NCBI GenBank assembly: GCA_963815095.1
Contig: CAWFFH010000003.1
Span: 928,001 to 992,000, forward strand
Direction of reading: 5' to 3'
DNA length: 64,000 bases
Source: Candidatus Bathyarchaeota archaeon
GTDB taxonomy: Archaea > Thermoproteota > Bathyarchaeia > Bathyarchaeales > Bathycorpusculaceae
Shown here: positions 20,790 through 30,280 of the stretch, piece after piece
How positions within the stretch are numbered: position 1 is the stretch's first letter
Layout of the letters: each line of letters begins with the position of its first letter
Notes under the pieces: generated by a model
Database searches by the model: none
What the model saw: only the letters and a program-made list of their open reading frames with translations
What the model was told of the DNA's origin: nothing
Translations under genes and position numbers: made by a program

Positions 20790-21622
20790 TATCGAAAAAA
20801 GAATTAGTTCCCAAGATCAAACTCTTAGAAGTTGATGCTCCAGACGTTGCGGCTCAATCACACGCTGGCCAATTCCTAATTGTAATCCATGGCAAAACAG
20901 GCGAACGAATACCCTTAACTATCTGCGGCTACGACACAACGAAAGGAACGGTTTCTTTTGCATTCCATGAAGTCGGCAAAACCACCAAAGATTTGGGCTT
21001 ATTAAACCAAGGCGAATGCATCGACAACGTTACGGGACCACTTGGCAACCCCTCTGAAGTTAAAAACTTTGGCAAGGTTCTCTGTGTGGGCGGAAGCATA
21101 ATGATTGCGCCTTTGCTATTGCAGGCTAAAGCCATGAAAGAAGCAGGCAACAAAGTAACTACAGTTCTAGGTGCCCGAACAAAAGAATTCATCATGATGG
21201 AAAATGAAGCTAAAGCCCTTAGCGAAAAAGTCTACGTTGCAACCGACGATGGGTCAAAAGGTTACAAAGGTTTAGATTTCCTAAAAGAATTGCTAAAGAC
21301 GGAAAAGTTTGACCGCTGTGTAGTCATGGGTCCAGTTATCCTGATGAAAGACGTTAGCGAAATTACTAAACCTTACAACATCCCCACAATAGTCACCTTA
21401 ACTCCCATAATGATTGATGGAATGGGTATGTGTGGAGTATGCCGAGTTACAGTCGACGGCAAAATGAAGTTTGGCTGTGTAGACGGACCAGAATTTGACG
21501 GTCACAAAACAGACTTTAACGAATTAATCATTCGTCAACGAACTATGCTTCCTGAAGAAAGGTTAAGTTCAGTATTATCGGAAATGAGTGGAGGTTGCAA
21601 GTGTGGCAGAAACAAAGCCTAA
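20777..21622 (+). CDS. nfnA: NfnA/SudB, small subunit of NADH-dependent reduced ferredoxin:NADP+ oxidoreductase
   Basis: Frame open from 20774: YKIV..GQF..GERIPLT..GPLGNP..DGMGMCGVCRV..CVDGPEFD; only an ACG at the expected Met position. Confidence 0.88.
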   Translation, partial: TYKIVSKKELVPKIKLLEVDAPDVAAQSHAGQFLIVIHGKTGERIPLTICGYDTTKGTVSFAFHEVGKTTKDLGLLNQGECIDNVTGPLGNPSEVKNFGKVLCVGGSIMIAPLLLQAKAMKEAGNKVTTVLGARTKEFIMMENEAKALSEKVYVATDDGSKGYKGLDFLKELLKTEKFDRCVVMGPVILMKDVSEITKPYNIPTIVTLTPIMIDGMGMCGVCRVTVDGKMKFGCVDGPEFDGHKTDFNELIIRQRTMLPEERLSSVLSEMSGGCKCGRNKA

Positions 21623-23012
21623 ACCAAAGTTAAACAAGAAAGCAGTTGAAATGGCTAAGCAAGAGCCAAAAGTTCGCGCTAAAAATTTCAGTGAAGTTGC
21701 TTTAGGTTACACTGAAGCAGAAGCCCAAGAAGAAGCAAGTAGATGCCTGTGCTGTCCAAATCCTCAATGCAGAACAGGTTGCCCCGTGGAAGTTCCAATT
21801 CCAACATTTGTCAAATGCATCAAAGAAAAGAAGTACGCTGAAGGCATCGCAGCAATCAAAACCAAAAACGCCCTGCCAGCAGTTTGCGGACGCGTCTGCC
21901 CACAAGAAGTACAATGTCAAGCCAAATGTGTCATCGGCAAGATGGGCGACCCAATCAGCATCGGACGTTTAGAACGGTTCCTTGCCGACTGGGAAAGAGA
22001 TAATGGCTCCCAACTTCCGCCAAAAGCTCCAGACACTGGTAAAAAAGTAGCAGTTATCGGTGCGGGTCCAGCAGGCTTAACCGTTGCGGCAGACCTCGTT
22101 AAACTCGGCCACAAAATCACCATGTTCGAAGCGTTGCATGTAGGCGGTGGAGTGCTCTCCTATGGTATCCCGGAATTCCGCTTACCCAAAACCATCGTGC
22201 AGGGCGAAGTTAATTATGTCCAGAGCCTTGGTGTTGATTTACGCCTCGGTAACCTTGTCGGCAGAATTCACACTATCCCAGAACTTATGAAGAATGGTTA
22301 CGACGCGGTATTCATTGGAAGCGGCGCGGGCTTACCCCAATTCACTGGTTGTCCAGGAGAAAACCTCGGCGGAATTTATTCAGCAAACGAATTCCTCATA
22401 CGCGTTAACCTCATGAAAGCCTACCTGTTCCCAGAGTATGACACTCCAATACGTCTCGGCAAAAAAGTTGTCGTTATCGGCGGCGGAAACGTAGCCATGG
22501 ATTGCGCAAGAAGTAGCATGCGACTTGGCTCCGAAGTCTGTTTACTCTACAGACGCTCACGCGACGAATTACCTGCAAGACATGAAGAAATCGAAAACGC
22601 TGAAGAAGAAGGCTTAGTCTGCAAATTCCTCGCAGCACCCCTAGAATTTTACGGTGACGAGAAAGGCTGGATTAAAGCCATGAAGGTCATTGCAATGGAA
22701 CTAACTGAACCAGATGCAAAGGGCAGAAGAGGCGTTAAAGAGGTTCCAGGCAGTGAATTCACAATGGATGTCGACACAGTCATAATTGCAATAGGACAGA
22801 CACCAAACCCAATCATCCAAAGCACCACAGGCGGATTAGTAAGTGACCCTAAACGAGGAACTATCACTGTTAACGAAGTTGGCAAAACAAGCTTAGACGG
22901 AGTTTACGCAGGCGGAGACGTCGCCACAGGCGCAGCAACAGTTATCAGCGCTATGGGTGCAGGCAAACGCGCAGCCAGGGCAATGCACGAATACTTAACA
23001 AACAAAGAATAA
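21603..23012 (+). CDS. nfnB: NfnB/SudA (GltD-like) large subunit
   Basis: EASRCL.C...C..GCP, CGRVCPQE.QC, YGIPEFRLP, GGGNVAMD, GAATVI.AMG. Confidence 0.92.
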   Translation: MAETKPKPKLNKKAVEMAKQEPKVRAKNFSEVALGYTEAEAQEEASRCLCCPNPQCRTGCPVEVPIPTFVKCIKEKKYAEGIAAIKTKNALPAVCGRVCPQEVQCQAKCVIGKMGDPISIGRLERFLADWERDNGSQLPPKAPDTGKKVAVIGAGPAGLTVAADLVKLGHKITMFEALHVGGGVLSYGIPEFRLPKTIVQGEVNYVQSLGVDLRLGNLVGRIHTIPELMKNGYDAVFIGSGAGLPQFTGCPGENLGGIYSANEFLIRVNLMKAYLFPEYDTPIRLGKKVVVIGGGNVAMDCARSSMRLGSEVCLLYRRSRDELPARHEEIENAEEEGLVCKFLAAPLEFYGDEKGWIKAMKVIAMELTEPDAKGRRGVKEVPGSEFTMDVDTVIIAIGQTPNPIIQSTTGGLVSDPKRGTITVNEVGKTSLDGVYAGGDVATGAATVISAMGAGKRAARAMHEYLTNKE

Positions 23013-23157
23013 AACTCTGTTTCCCTTTTTTTGGGGGACTTGTTAATTTTTCATTTTTAATTTTAAAAATTCTATATCATAAGAGAGTTAGTTTTAGTCT
23101 TGCATTTCGGTTTGAGTTGCCATACGGTAATATAGTTACACCGTCCTGCTTTGATTT

Positions 23158-23874
23158 ATGCGAAAGATTAAAGGTTCCAGCAGCTATCTCAAGAATCAGG
23201 TCAGAAAAAACCTCGCCAAAGCCACCTTAAGCGCGCTAATATTTTCAGCTGTCTTCGCACTATTAATCTACAGAATACTAGTAACACTGCAAGTTGGCAT
23301 CTTAGAGGAAGCAGGGCTCATTTTTTTGCTTGCACCAATGGTTAGTTTCTACTTTTATCTGCGTAAATACCGTATCTACAGAGGCGGTTGGCAAGGCGAA
23401 AAACAAGTTGCTAAACTCTTAACGAGTAAACTAAACGACGACTACTACCTCCTAAACGACCTCTACCTGCGAAGTGGCGGCGGAGATATCGATCATATCG
23501 TTTTGGGACCCAACGGGGTTTTCGTTTTGGAAACCAAGAATTGGAGTGGTAACATTTCCTGTAACGGCGACGAGTGGCAAAGAGTTGGCAAAAGAAATTT
23601 TTCAGGCAGCCCCAGTCGCCAGGTTAAACGAAATGCCGCCAAAATCAAACAAATAATTGATAACAATCCCAATCTAAGAACGCTGGGCATCTGGGTTGAG
23701 GGAATAGTGGTTTTTACGAATAATCATGCAGCCCTTCACGTGAATAAACCGACTGTTCAGATCCTTAAGCTATCTCAGTTGTCCAGCTACATAATAGGGT
23801 TCAGAAGCTCCCTGAGCATATCCCGTGATCAATTAGAAGCCATCGGAAAAGATATCGTTCAACAAAAGCATTAA
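23158..23874 (+). CDS. NERD nuclease-related domain protein with N-terminal TM helices
   Basis: G..GE, DIDHIV.GP.GVFVLETKN, SP..Q. Confidence 0.85.
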   Translation: MRKIKGSSSYLKNQVRKNLAKATLSALIFSAVFALLIYRILVTLQVGILEEAGLIFLLAPMVSFYFYLRKYRIYRGGWQGEKQVAKLLTSKLNDDYYLLNDLYLRSGGGDIDHIVLGPNGVFVLETKNWSGNISCNGDEWQRVGKRNFSGSPSRQVKRNAAKIKQIIDNNPNLRTLGIWVEGIVVFTNNHAALHVNKPTVQILKLSQLSSYIIGFRSSLSISRDQLEAIGKDIVQQKH

Positions 23875-24557
23875 TCGCACTGGGGAGGCGTAATTTTTAG
23901 CCACGCTTTCTTTTTCACAAATATCAAAGAGGTAATAGTGGTTACCAGCATGGTGCCCAGTAGATAAGAATTGTAATAAGCGCGGTCAGGGTTTTGAATT
24001 GTAGCGATCGAGACGGATACCAGAATATACAATGCCGCCAATCCAGTTACCAATTGAAGCACATGAAGAACTTTGTTTATCTGGCATGCTTTAGTTTTTA
24101 CCCAGTTCAAACCCGATTCGATCCGTTCTGAAACGTCAGGCAAATCATCCAAAAGCAATGTTAACCCTGCCAAAAAGAAAAAGCGCCCAACATTAACTGC
24201 TATGTCGTTTGAATTTAAAAGGAAAAGGTAACCAAGAGAAATAGAAGTAAAGAACACAACAAATAGACAAGAGAAAAGAAGAACTAAAAAGCCATAGACG
24301 TAGTGGTGAAACAGGAATCTTCCAGTATGTAAAGCACGACCGATACAAGCCGCGGGAAAAATATTAATCATTGCCGCTGCGACTGCAAACCAGAGGAGGC
24401 TTCCGTCAAGCAGGAAAGGCGAGAAGGGATGCCAATATGGGTAGGCTTTGTAGAAGCTAAATAGCAGTCCGGTAACAACTCCCAAAGTGATGAGGGCGTT
24501 GAAAATCAATGCCAGACTGAATATTTTCTTTAAGATTACCCTAACGGAACCAGCCAT
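23871..24557 (-). CDS. Hypothetical membrane protein
   Basis: About 6 TM segments; FHHYVYG and LDDLPD polar motifs. Confidence 0.65.
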   Translation of the reverse strand: MAGSVRVILKKIFSLALIFNALITLGVVTGLLFSFYKAYPYWHPFSPFLLDGSLLWFAVAAAMINIFPAACIGRALHTGRFLFHHYVYGFLVLLFSCLFVVFFTSISLGYLFLLNSNDIAVNVGRFFFLAGLTLLLDDLPDVSERIESGLNWVKTKACQINKVLHVLQLVTGLAALYILVSVSIATIQNPDRAYYNSYLLGTMLVTTITSLIFVKKKAWLKITPPQCD

Positions 24558-24744
24558 TTTGTGCCAAGCCCTAAGATAAGCCCTTTAACCCATTTTTTAT
24601 TAACAAGCTTGTGGAACCATCATTTATAAGTAATGCACGTTGTGCGCAAGAAACTATGAAGTCAGATTGTATTGAAAGTCTAAAATGTTAATATCGGTTC
24701 AATAAGAGAACCTTTTTATTATCTCTTTTATATGAACGTGAATA

Positions 24745-25110
24745 GTGAACAGTTTGGGCAGCATCGGATTAGGCGCTCTTGTTGGTTTCTTCATAACAGT
24801 AATCATTAGCATAATATATCCAGGTTTTGGGTTCATCCTTGGAGCGTTCTTAGGCGGAATAATCGCAGGGCTCATTGCAAGAGGTATATTAGGCGGAGCA
24901 ATGGCAGGTTTCATCTCAGGGTTTGCCAGCGCCGTTTTATTATCAATTCTGTTGTTTCTACACTTTATTGTAGTCGAAACAATTAGACACGGGGTTTTGG
25001 GTTTTCTGTTTGGTGGTTTAGCAGGTATAATTTTGGGCGTAATTGTTCTGGTTGTGGTTACGGTACTGTCGGCAATCGGCGGAGCCATAGGTGGAGCAGC
25101 AAGAAGATAG
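24745..25110 (+). CDS. Gly-rich small membrane protein (DUF5518-like)
   Basis: GGIIAG, SAIGGAIG repeats. Confidence 0.6.
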   Translation: MNSLGSIGLGALVGFFITVIISIIYPGFGFILGAFLGGIIAGLIARGILGGAMAGFISGFASAVLLSILLFLHFIVVETIRHGVLGFLFGGLAGIILGVIVLVVVTVLSAIGGAIGGAARR

Positions 25111-25117
25111 CTGCCAC

Positions 25118-26662
25118 TTAACGGTCGAGCATAAACGGTTTTTTACGTGTTGCCTGTTCTGGGATTCGGTCTAAAATCATTTTTTCCTCTGGTTTTTTGC
25201 TCAGCACTATCGGTGACAGTTTTCCAGCAAGTTCCAGCGCAGATGCCAATTTGCTGCTTCTCTCAGCGTAAATTTCAAGCAAGACTCCGTTTTTGTGTAC
25301 TGTATCGCCTAGTTTTGCATGCAAAACTACTCCTGCGCCCTTCTCCTTGGGTGCTCCGGCTTCACGGGCAATTCGTACAATGTCGTCGGTGCTTAGCCAT
25401 AGAACTTTACCTGCATTTTCTGAGCGTACAGTAGCAGAGTTGGGTCCTACAGGCAAATCTTCAGGTTTTACCGCCGGGTTTCCGCCTTGAGCAGCGATGA
25501 TTTCCCGCATCTTCTGCATTGCTTTTCCTGAATCAAGCATATCCTCAGCCATTGCGCGTCCATTTTCAACTCCGACCATTTCAAAAAGCATACTAGCAAG
25601 GCCTACTGCTTTTTCGCGCAGGTCAGGTGGGCCTCCACCCATAAGAGTCATTAATGCTTCTCTTGCCTCCAAGGCAGGTCCAATTCCACAGCCCAAAGGC
25701 TGCTCCCCAAAAGTCAAGGCACATTGAATGTTTAATCCTAAACGTTTGCCCATATCCACGAAATCCGACGCTAACGTGTAGGCTTCAGTTCGAGTTTTGA
25801 TTTTAGCTCCCATACCCGTTGGAATATCGATGACTACTTGGGTTGCTCCAATGGCTTTTTTCTTGCTTAGAATCGAGGGTAAAAGCATCGGGTCAATTCC
25901 CAAGGGGTACTCGACTTGGATAAATAGGTCGTCGGCTGGTGCAAGTTCCAAAGATCCGCCCCAAACTAGGCATCCGTTGGTTTTTGCTACGACTTCTTTG
26001 ATTTCTTTTATTGAGAGATTAACTGGGCAGAGAGTTTCTACTCTATCAGCTGTCCCCGCAGGTGACGTGATGGCGCGTGAAGAGGTTTTGGGGATAGTGA
26101 ATCCTGCAGCTGCTACAATGGGCACAACGAGCATACTGGTTTTGTCGCCTGGAATGCCGCCGACGCTGTGTTTGTCGAGGATGGGTGATTTTCCAAAATC
26201 GATTGTTTTGCCAGTGAAAATCATCGCTCTCGATAAGGCTTCTGTCTCGCCTGTGCTTAATCCATTAATGCTCAATGCTGTAAGGAAAGCGGCGATTTCA
26301 ACTGTGCTCAAGTGCCTTTCTACAACATCTTTCACAATAGCCAGAATGTCCCCCTCACGTAAACGTTCTCCACGCAACTTTGCTCTGATGTTAAAAAGTG
26401 ATTCAGGAAGCGGAGCCAACTCCACATTAACAGTTTCACCCTCCTTAACCCCAAGTGCAGCAACGGTTTCCCGGTAGAGTCCGATGCGGTTTGTGGGAAA
26501 ATAATCAGCAATGTTGGCGATTGCTATCATCATTTGGTTTTTGCAAGTAATTTTTATTCTATCTGAACTGTGCACACCAAGCATGTTGGCGCTTTCTTCA
26601 CTTAGTATGGCGATTCTGCTGCCGCCAGTTGTTATCATTAACGATTCAACGCTTAATTCCAT
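25118..26662 (-). CDS. AMP phosphorylase
   Basis: DKHSVGGIPGDKTS, PKTSSRAITSPAGTAD, APADD, SKKKA; archaeal N-terminal extension. Confidence 0.93.
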   Translation of the reverse strand: MELSVESLMITTGGSRIAILSEESANMLGVHSSDRIKITCKNQMMIAIANIADYFPTNRIGLYRETVAALGVKEGETVNVELAPLPESLFNIRAKLRGERLREGDILAIVKDVVERHLSTVEIAAFLTALSINGLSTGETEALSRAMIFTGKTIDFGKSPILDKHSVGGIPGDKTSMLVVPIVAAAGFTIPKTSSRAITSPAGTADRVETLCPVNLSIKEIKEVVAKTNGCLVWGGSLELAPADDLFIQVEYPLGIDPMLLPSILSKKKAIGATQVVIDIPTGMGAKIKTRTEAYTLASDFVDMGKRLGLNIQCALTFGEQPLGCGIGPALEAREALMTLMGGGPPDLREKAVGLASMLFEMVGVENGRAMAEDMLDSGKAMQKMREIIAAQGGNPAVKPEDLPVGPNSATVRSENAGKVLWLSTDDIVRIAREAGAPKEKGAGVVLHAKLGDTVHKNGVLLEIYAERSSKLASALELAGKLSPIVLSKKPEEKMILDRIPEQATRKKPFMLDR

Positions 26663-26747
26663 GTCAAGCACGTCAATACCAATTGTTTGAGAAATAGTTA
26701 AAGATTTTAAGGCAAAGTCAATGAATCTAGCCATCGAGGATTGCGCT

Positions 26748-27971
26748 TTGAAGTATATTGACTTTGTAGATTTATCTTACAAGCCTAAGGAAACCGATTT
26801 AATCTGCACTTTTTACGTAGAGCCTGAAGGCATAACATTAAAAGAAGCTGCAGGCGGAGTTGCTGCTGAAAGTTCTGTGGGTACATGGACTGAATTGACA
26901 ACTGAGCAGCCTTACGTTAAGCGATTAGCAGCACATGTCTATAGCGTTGAAGACTGCGTTATCAAAATCGCTTATCCTATTGAACTTTTTGAGTCAGCTA
27001 ACATGCCCAACATCTTAAGTAGCGTGGCTGGGAACGTTTTTGGGCTTAAGGCACTGAAAAACCTGCGTTTACTCGATATTGAATTTCCCAAACAACTATT
27101 AAACAGCTTCAAAGGACCCGCCTTTGGCATAGCTGGAATTCGCAAACTCCTTAAAATCCCAAAACGTCCCCTCGTCGGTACCATAATCAAACCTAAACTT
27201 GGGTTAGAAACTAAAGACCACGCCAAAGTAGCTTATGAGGCTTGGTTTGGAGGTTGCGATGTCGTTAAAGACGATGAGAACTTGAGTAGCCAAAAATTCA
27301 ACCCCTTTGATGAGCGCCTTGTGCAGACTCTTGAGAGCCGAGACAAAGCACAAGAGGAGACGAATGAACGCAAGGTCTACATGATTAACATCACTGCCGA
27401 AACCCAAACCATGCTTAAACGCGCCCAAACCGTCGTTGACCACGGCGGCGAATACGTCATGGTGGACATCTTGACCTGCGGTTGGTCCGCACTACAAACA
27501 TTGCGCGACCAAGACTTCAAACTTGTTATCCATGCTCACCGTGCTGGGCACGCGGCTTTCACCAAAAACCCCCTGCATGGTATTGCGATGAAACCCATAG
27601 CTACAGTTGCAAGGATAATTGGCGTTGACCAACTTCATGTTGGCACAGTCGTCGGCAAGATGTCTGAAACTAAAACAGAAGTTATCCAAAACATCGACGC
27701 GTGCAAATCCGAAATGGGTTATCTCAAACCTGTTTTGCCTGTTGCAAGTGGCGGAGTACATCCAAGGCTAATCCCCGCACTCATTAAGACTTTCGGCAAC
27801 GATTTCGTTATTCAAGCCGGCGGCGGCATCCACGGACACCCACATGGTACAATCGCAGGTGCCAAAGCCATGCGTCAAGCTGTCGACGCAACCCTGTATG
27901 GGAAAACTCTGGAAGAATACGCCAAAAACCACCAAGAACTAGCGGAAGCCCTGAAACAATGGAAAACCTAA
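26748..27971 (+). CDS. rbcL: Form III ribulose-1,5-bisphosphate carboxylase
   Basis: AAESSVGTWT, GTIIKPKLG, KDDE, HAHRA, GTVVGKM, SGG, GGGIHGHP; catalytic residues present. Confidence 0.95.
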   Translation: MKYIDFVDLSYKPKETDLICTFYVEPEGITLKEAAGGVAAESSVGTWTELTTEQPYVKRLAAHVYSVEDCVIKIAYPIELFESANMPNILSSVAGNVFGLKALKNLRLLDIEFPKQLLNSFKGPAFGIAGIRKLLKIPKRPLVGTIIKPKLGLETKDHAKVAYEAWFGGCDVVKDDENLSSQKFNPFDERLVQTLESRDKAQEETNERKVYMINITAETQTMLKRAQTVVDHGGEYVMVDILTCGWSALQTLRDQDFKLVIHAHRAGHAAFTKNPLHGIAMKPIATVARIIGVDQLHVGTVVGKMSETKTEVIQNIDACKSEMGYLKPVLPVASGGVHPRLIPALIKTFGNDFVIQAGGGIHGHPHGTIAGAKAMRQAVDATLYGKTLEEYAKNHQELAEALKQWKT

Positions 27972-28209
27972 GTCAGTAAATAGGTTGCCCTACCTTTCAT
28001 TACCTCCACTATTTTTTTGGTAACTCCAAATTTGGCACAACTATAACATTGGAAAATTTTATTTTGGGATTCTAAATGTTAATTGTAGAGTTGGAGTCAC
28101 TTCAATAATTCAAAATTATTCTCATTGATGAAAAGTCAAGAACTGATCCAAGGTAAAAGTCATTTTTGAAATATCGCATAAGATATAAAATTATTTAGAA
28201 AAACGAATT

Positions 28210-29127
28210 TTAGAAAATCCAGGAGTATTTTCGGCGCATAACCTCGACAATTGTTTGGGATGTTATTATGCCTTCTTCGCAGATTAAGCCGTGTATGTAA
28301 CGGTTTGGGGTAACGTCAAAGGCTGGGTTGAGTACAGTGAGTTTTGATGGTGCTTCGTTCCAGACTTCGGCTGGGTTGCGTTGCTCAATTTTTTCGCATT
28401 CGCCTTGAAGTGTTTCGGGGTCGAATTTGAGTAGTTCCGAAACCACGTAAAAAGGCACTCTGGCTTCATGGGCTAAAACCGCGATACCGCTTGAGCCAAT
28501 CTTGTTAACTACGTTGCCCTCGGAGGTTATTGCGTCAGCTCCCACAATTACCACATCAACATCCCTCATGAATGTCCGCGCAGCCGAATCTACAACAAAT
28601 GTGGTCTCAATTCCCAATTCCACGAGTTCTTTGGCAGTTATTCTTCCCTGAAACGCTGGACGCGTCTCGGTACAGATGACTTTAAAGATTTTGCCATCCG
28701 CTTTGGCTTTAGCAAGTAGTCGGGTTACGGTTGAAGAGTGGCAATGAGTAAAAACCACTGAGCCGTCGCGGATACGTTTGGCACCAATTTCAGCTATCTG
28801 CTCTTTTGAATCCTCCAAATCTTTGAGGAACTGGTCCGCTGAAGAAACCACCAGTTTGCTCAACTCACCCACTTTTTCTGTGTTAGCGGCTTGGGTTTGG
28901 GTGATTAACCAGCGGATAGCGTTTCTCATCAATGGCTCGGTTTCTCTGGATGCAGCGAAGATGGTTTGAGCTTCTTTAAGCTCAGCAAAAAATTGGGTTT
29001 TGTTTTTCGTTTTTGTTTGCTGTGCTTGGGTTTGGATAGCTTTGACTGCGGCTATGGCGACGTTTCTTGCGCCTTGAACTTGCAGCTTCTTGATTTTTTC
29101 TGCTGTCAAATGGATTATTTCTGACAT
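28210..29127 (-). CDS. Ribose-1,5-bisphosphate isomerase (eIF2B-like)
   Basis: QGA, THCHSS, ETRP..QG, GADAI, NKIG, NPAFDVTP; adjacent to RuBisCO. Confidence 0.9.
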   Translation of the reverse strand: MSEIIHLTAEKIKKLQVQGARNVAIAAVKAIQTQAQQTKTKNKTQFFAELKEAQTIFAASRETEPLMRNAIRWLITQTQAANTEKVGELSKLVVSSADQFLKDLEDSKEQIAEIGAKRIRDGSVVFTHCHSSTVTRLLAKAKADGKIFKVICTETRPAFQGRITAKELVELGIETTFVVDSAARTFMRDVDVVIVGADAITSEGNVVNKIGSSGIAVLAHEARVPFYVVSELLKFDPETLQGECEKIEQRNPAEVWNEAPSKLTVLNPAFDVTPNRYIHGLICEEGIITSQTIVEVMRRKYSWIF

Positions 29128-29251
29128 AATCTTCAACCCAGGCTTTGTTTTTAATTATTGTGGAGAAGCATATAAGCAAATTCATAACAACTGTATGGTG
29201 AACGTTAGGCTGCATGAGGAAGATAGCATCGGGCATTTTAGGCAGTATAGT

Positions 29252-29662
29252 TTAAGATGGTATAGGTGCGCGTTTTCGTGCAAACACAAACACGTAGATG
29301 GCGCCGACAATTATGATTACGCCAATTATTAATAGCATAATAGCCCAATCTGCACTATTGAAATAACCACTTATCTCCAAAACAGAGAAAATCCCAAATG
29401 TAATGAGGATTAAACCGCCAATTAAATAAACAATAAAGCCTGCTTCTCCTTTCCGATGTTTTTCGCCCGTTTCAGGATGTTGCTGTTTTTCCTCCTTCTC
29501 ATTCTTGTCTAATCTCTCATCACTTCGATTGATTGGCTGAGCAGGCGTTGGTGAACTTTGACTAGTTTGATCGGAGGAAGAAGTTTTTAATGATGCCCCG
29601 CAACCTATGCAGAAAACCATATTTTCGTTAACTTCATTGCCGCATTTTGGACAATACGACAT
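29252..29662 (-). CDS. Zinc-ribbon membrane protein
   Basis: YCPKCG..FCIGCG followed by two TM helices. Confidence 0.75.
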   Translation of the reverse strand: MSYCPKCGNEVNENMVFCIGCGASLKTSSSDQTSQSSPTPAQPINRSDERLDKNEKEEKQQHPETGEKHRKGEAGFIVYLIGGLILITFGIFSVLEISGYFNSADWAIMLLIIGVIIIVGAIYVFVFARKRAPIPS

Positions 29663-29781
29663 TCAATTTCATCCTGACCCTATTTTATCAGCTTTATGCT
29701 ATTTAAAACATGCACTTCTCCATTAAAGAGAAAGATATATGTGTTAAATGCGTTATTTTCGAATGGAGCAAGATAGCTTTG

Positions 29782-30279
29782 ATGAGTTCCTTGAATCCGC
29801 AGTCGTTTACCGATAAGAAAAAGGAAAGCTTTTTCTCTGCTATTTACATCGGCAGTGTTTTCATCATCTTAGCTTTAGTCTTCTTTATCCACGTAGGCGA
29901 CAACGTATGGAATAGTTTGGTAAACTTTTTTAGTTCTCTTACGCTTGCCCCAGTTCCGGCTACAGGCATCTCTTTGCCTGCACCTTCAGATCCATCTGCT
30001 TACTTTAATCTCTACAATGCTGCTTTCCACTTCGCTATCGCATTAGGCATCTTGGAAATCGTGATTCTGCTTTTAAGAATTTGGCTTCATTCATCGGTGT
30101 ACCGTTTGGCTGAAACCATCGAAAACATAGTCTTTTGGCTTGGCGCAAGCTTCCTAGTAACTACTTACCTAGTAAATATGACCATATCAAGTGAGTGGTT
30201 TGTCTTCTGGGCTGGAATAATCCTGATCTTTGGGTTAGCATTAGTTGCACGGTCCTTTGTGCTTTTAGCTAAAAAGTAA
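29782..30279 (+). CDS. Hypothetical membrane protein, paralog of 12598-13089
   Basis: LPAPSDP, GILEIVILLLRIW, FWLGA, WF.FW. Confidence 0.7.
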   Translation: MSSLNPQSFTDKKKESFFSAIYIGSVFIILALVFFIHVGDNVWNSLVNFFSSLTLAPVPATGISLPAPSDPSAYFNLYNAAFHFAIALGILEIVILLLRIWLHSSVYRLAETIENIVFWLGASFLVTTYLVNMTISSEWFVFWAGIILIFGLALVARSFVLLAKK

Positions 30280-30280
30280 C

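Noticed and set aside
25797-26477. Long antisense ORFs (also 62266-63036, 6144-6617 and others)
   Set aside because: Shadows of well-supported genes on the opposite strand.
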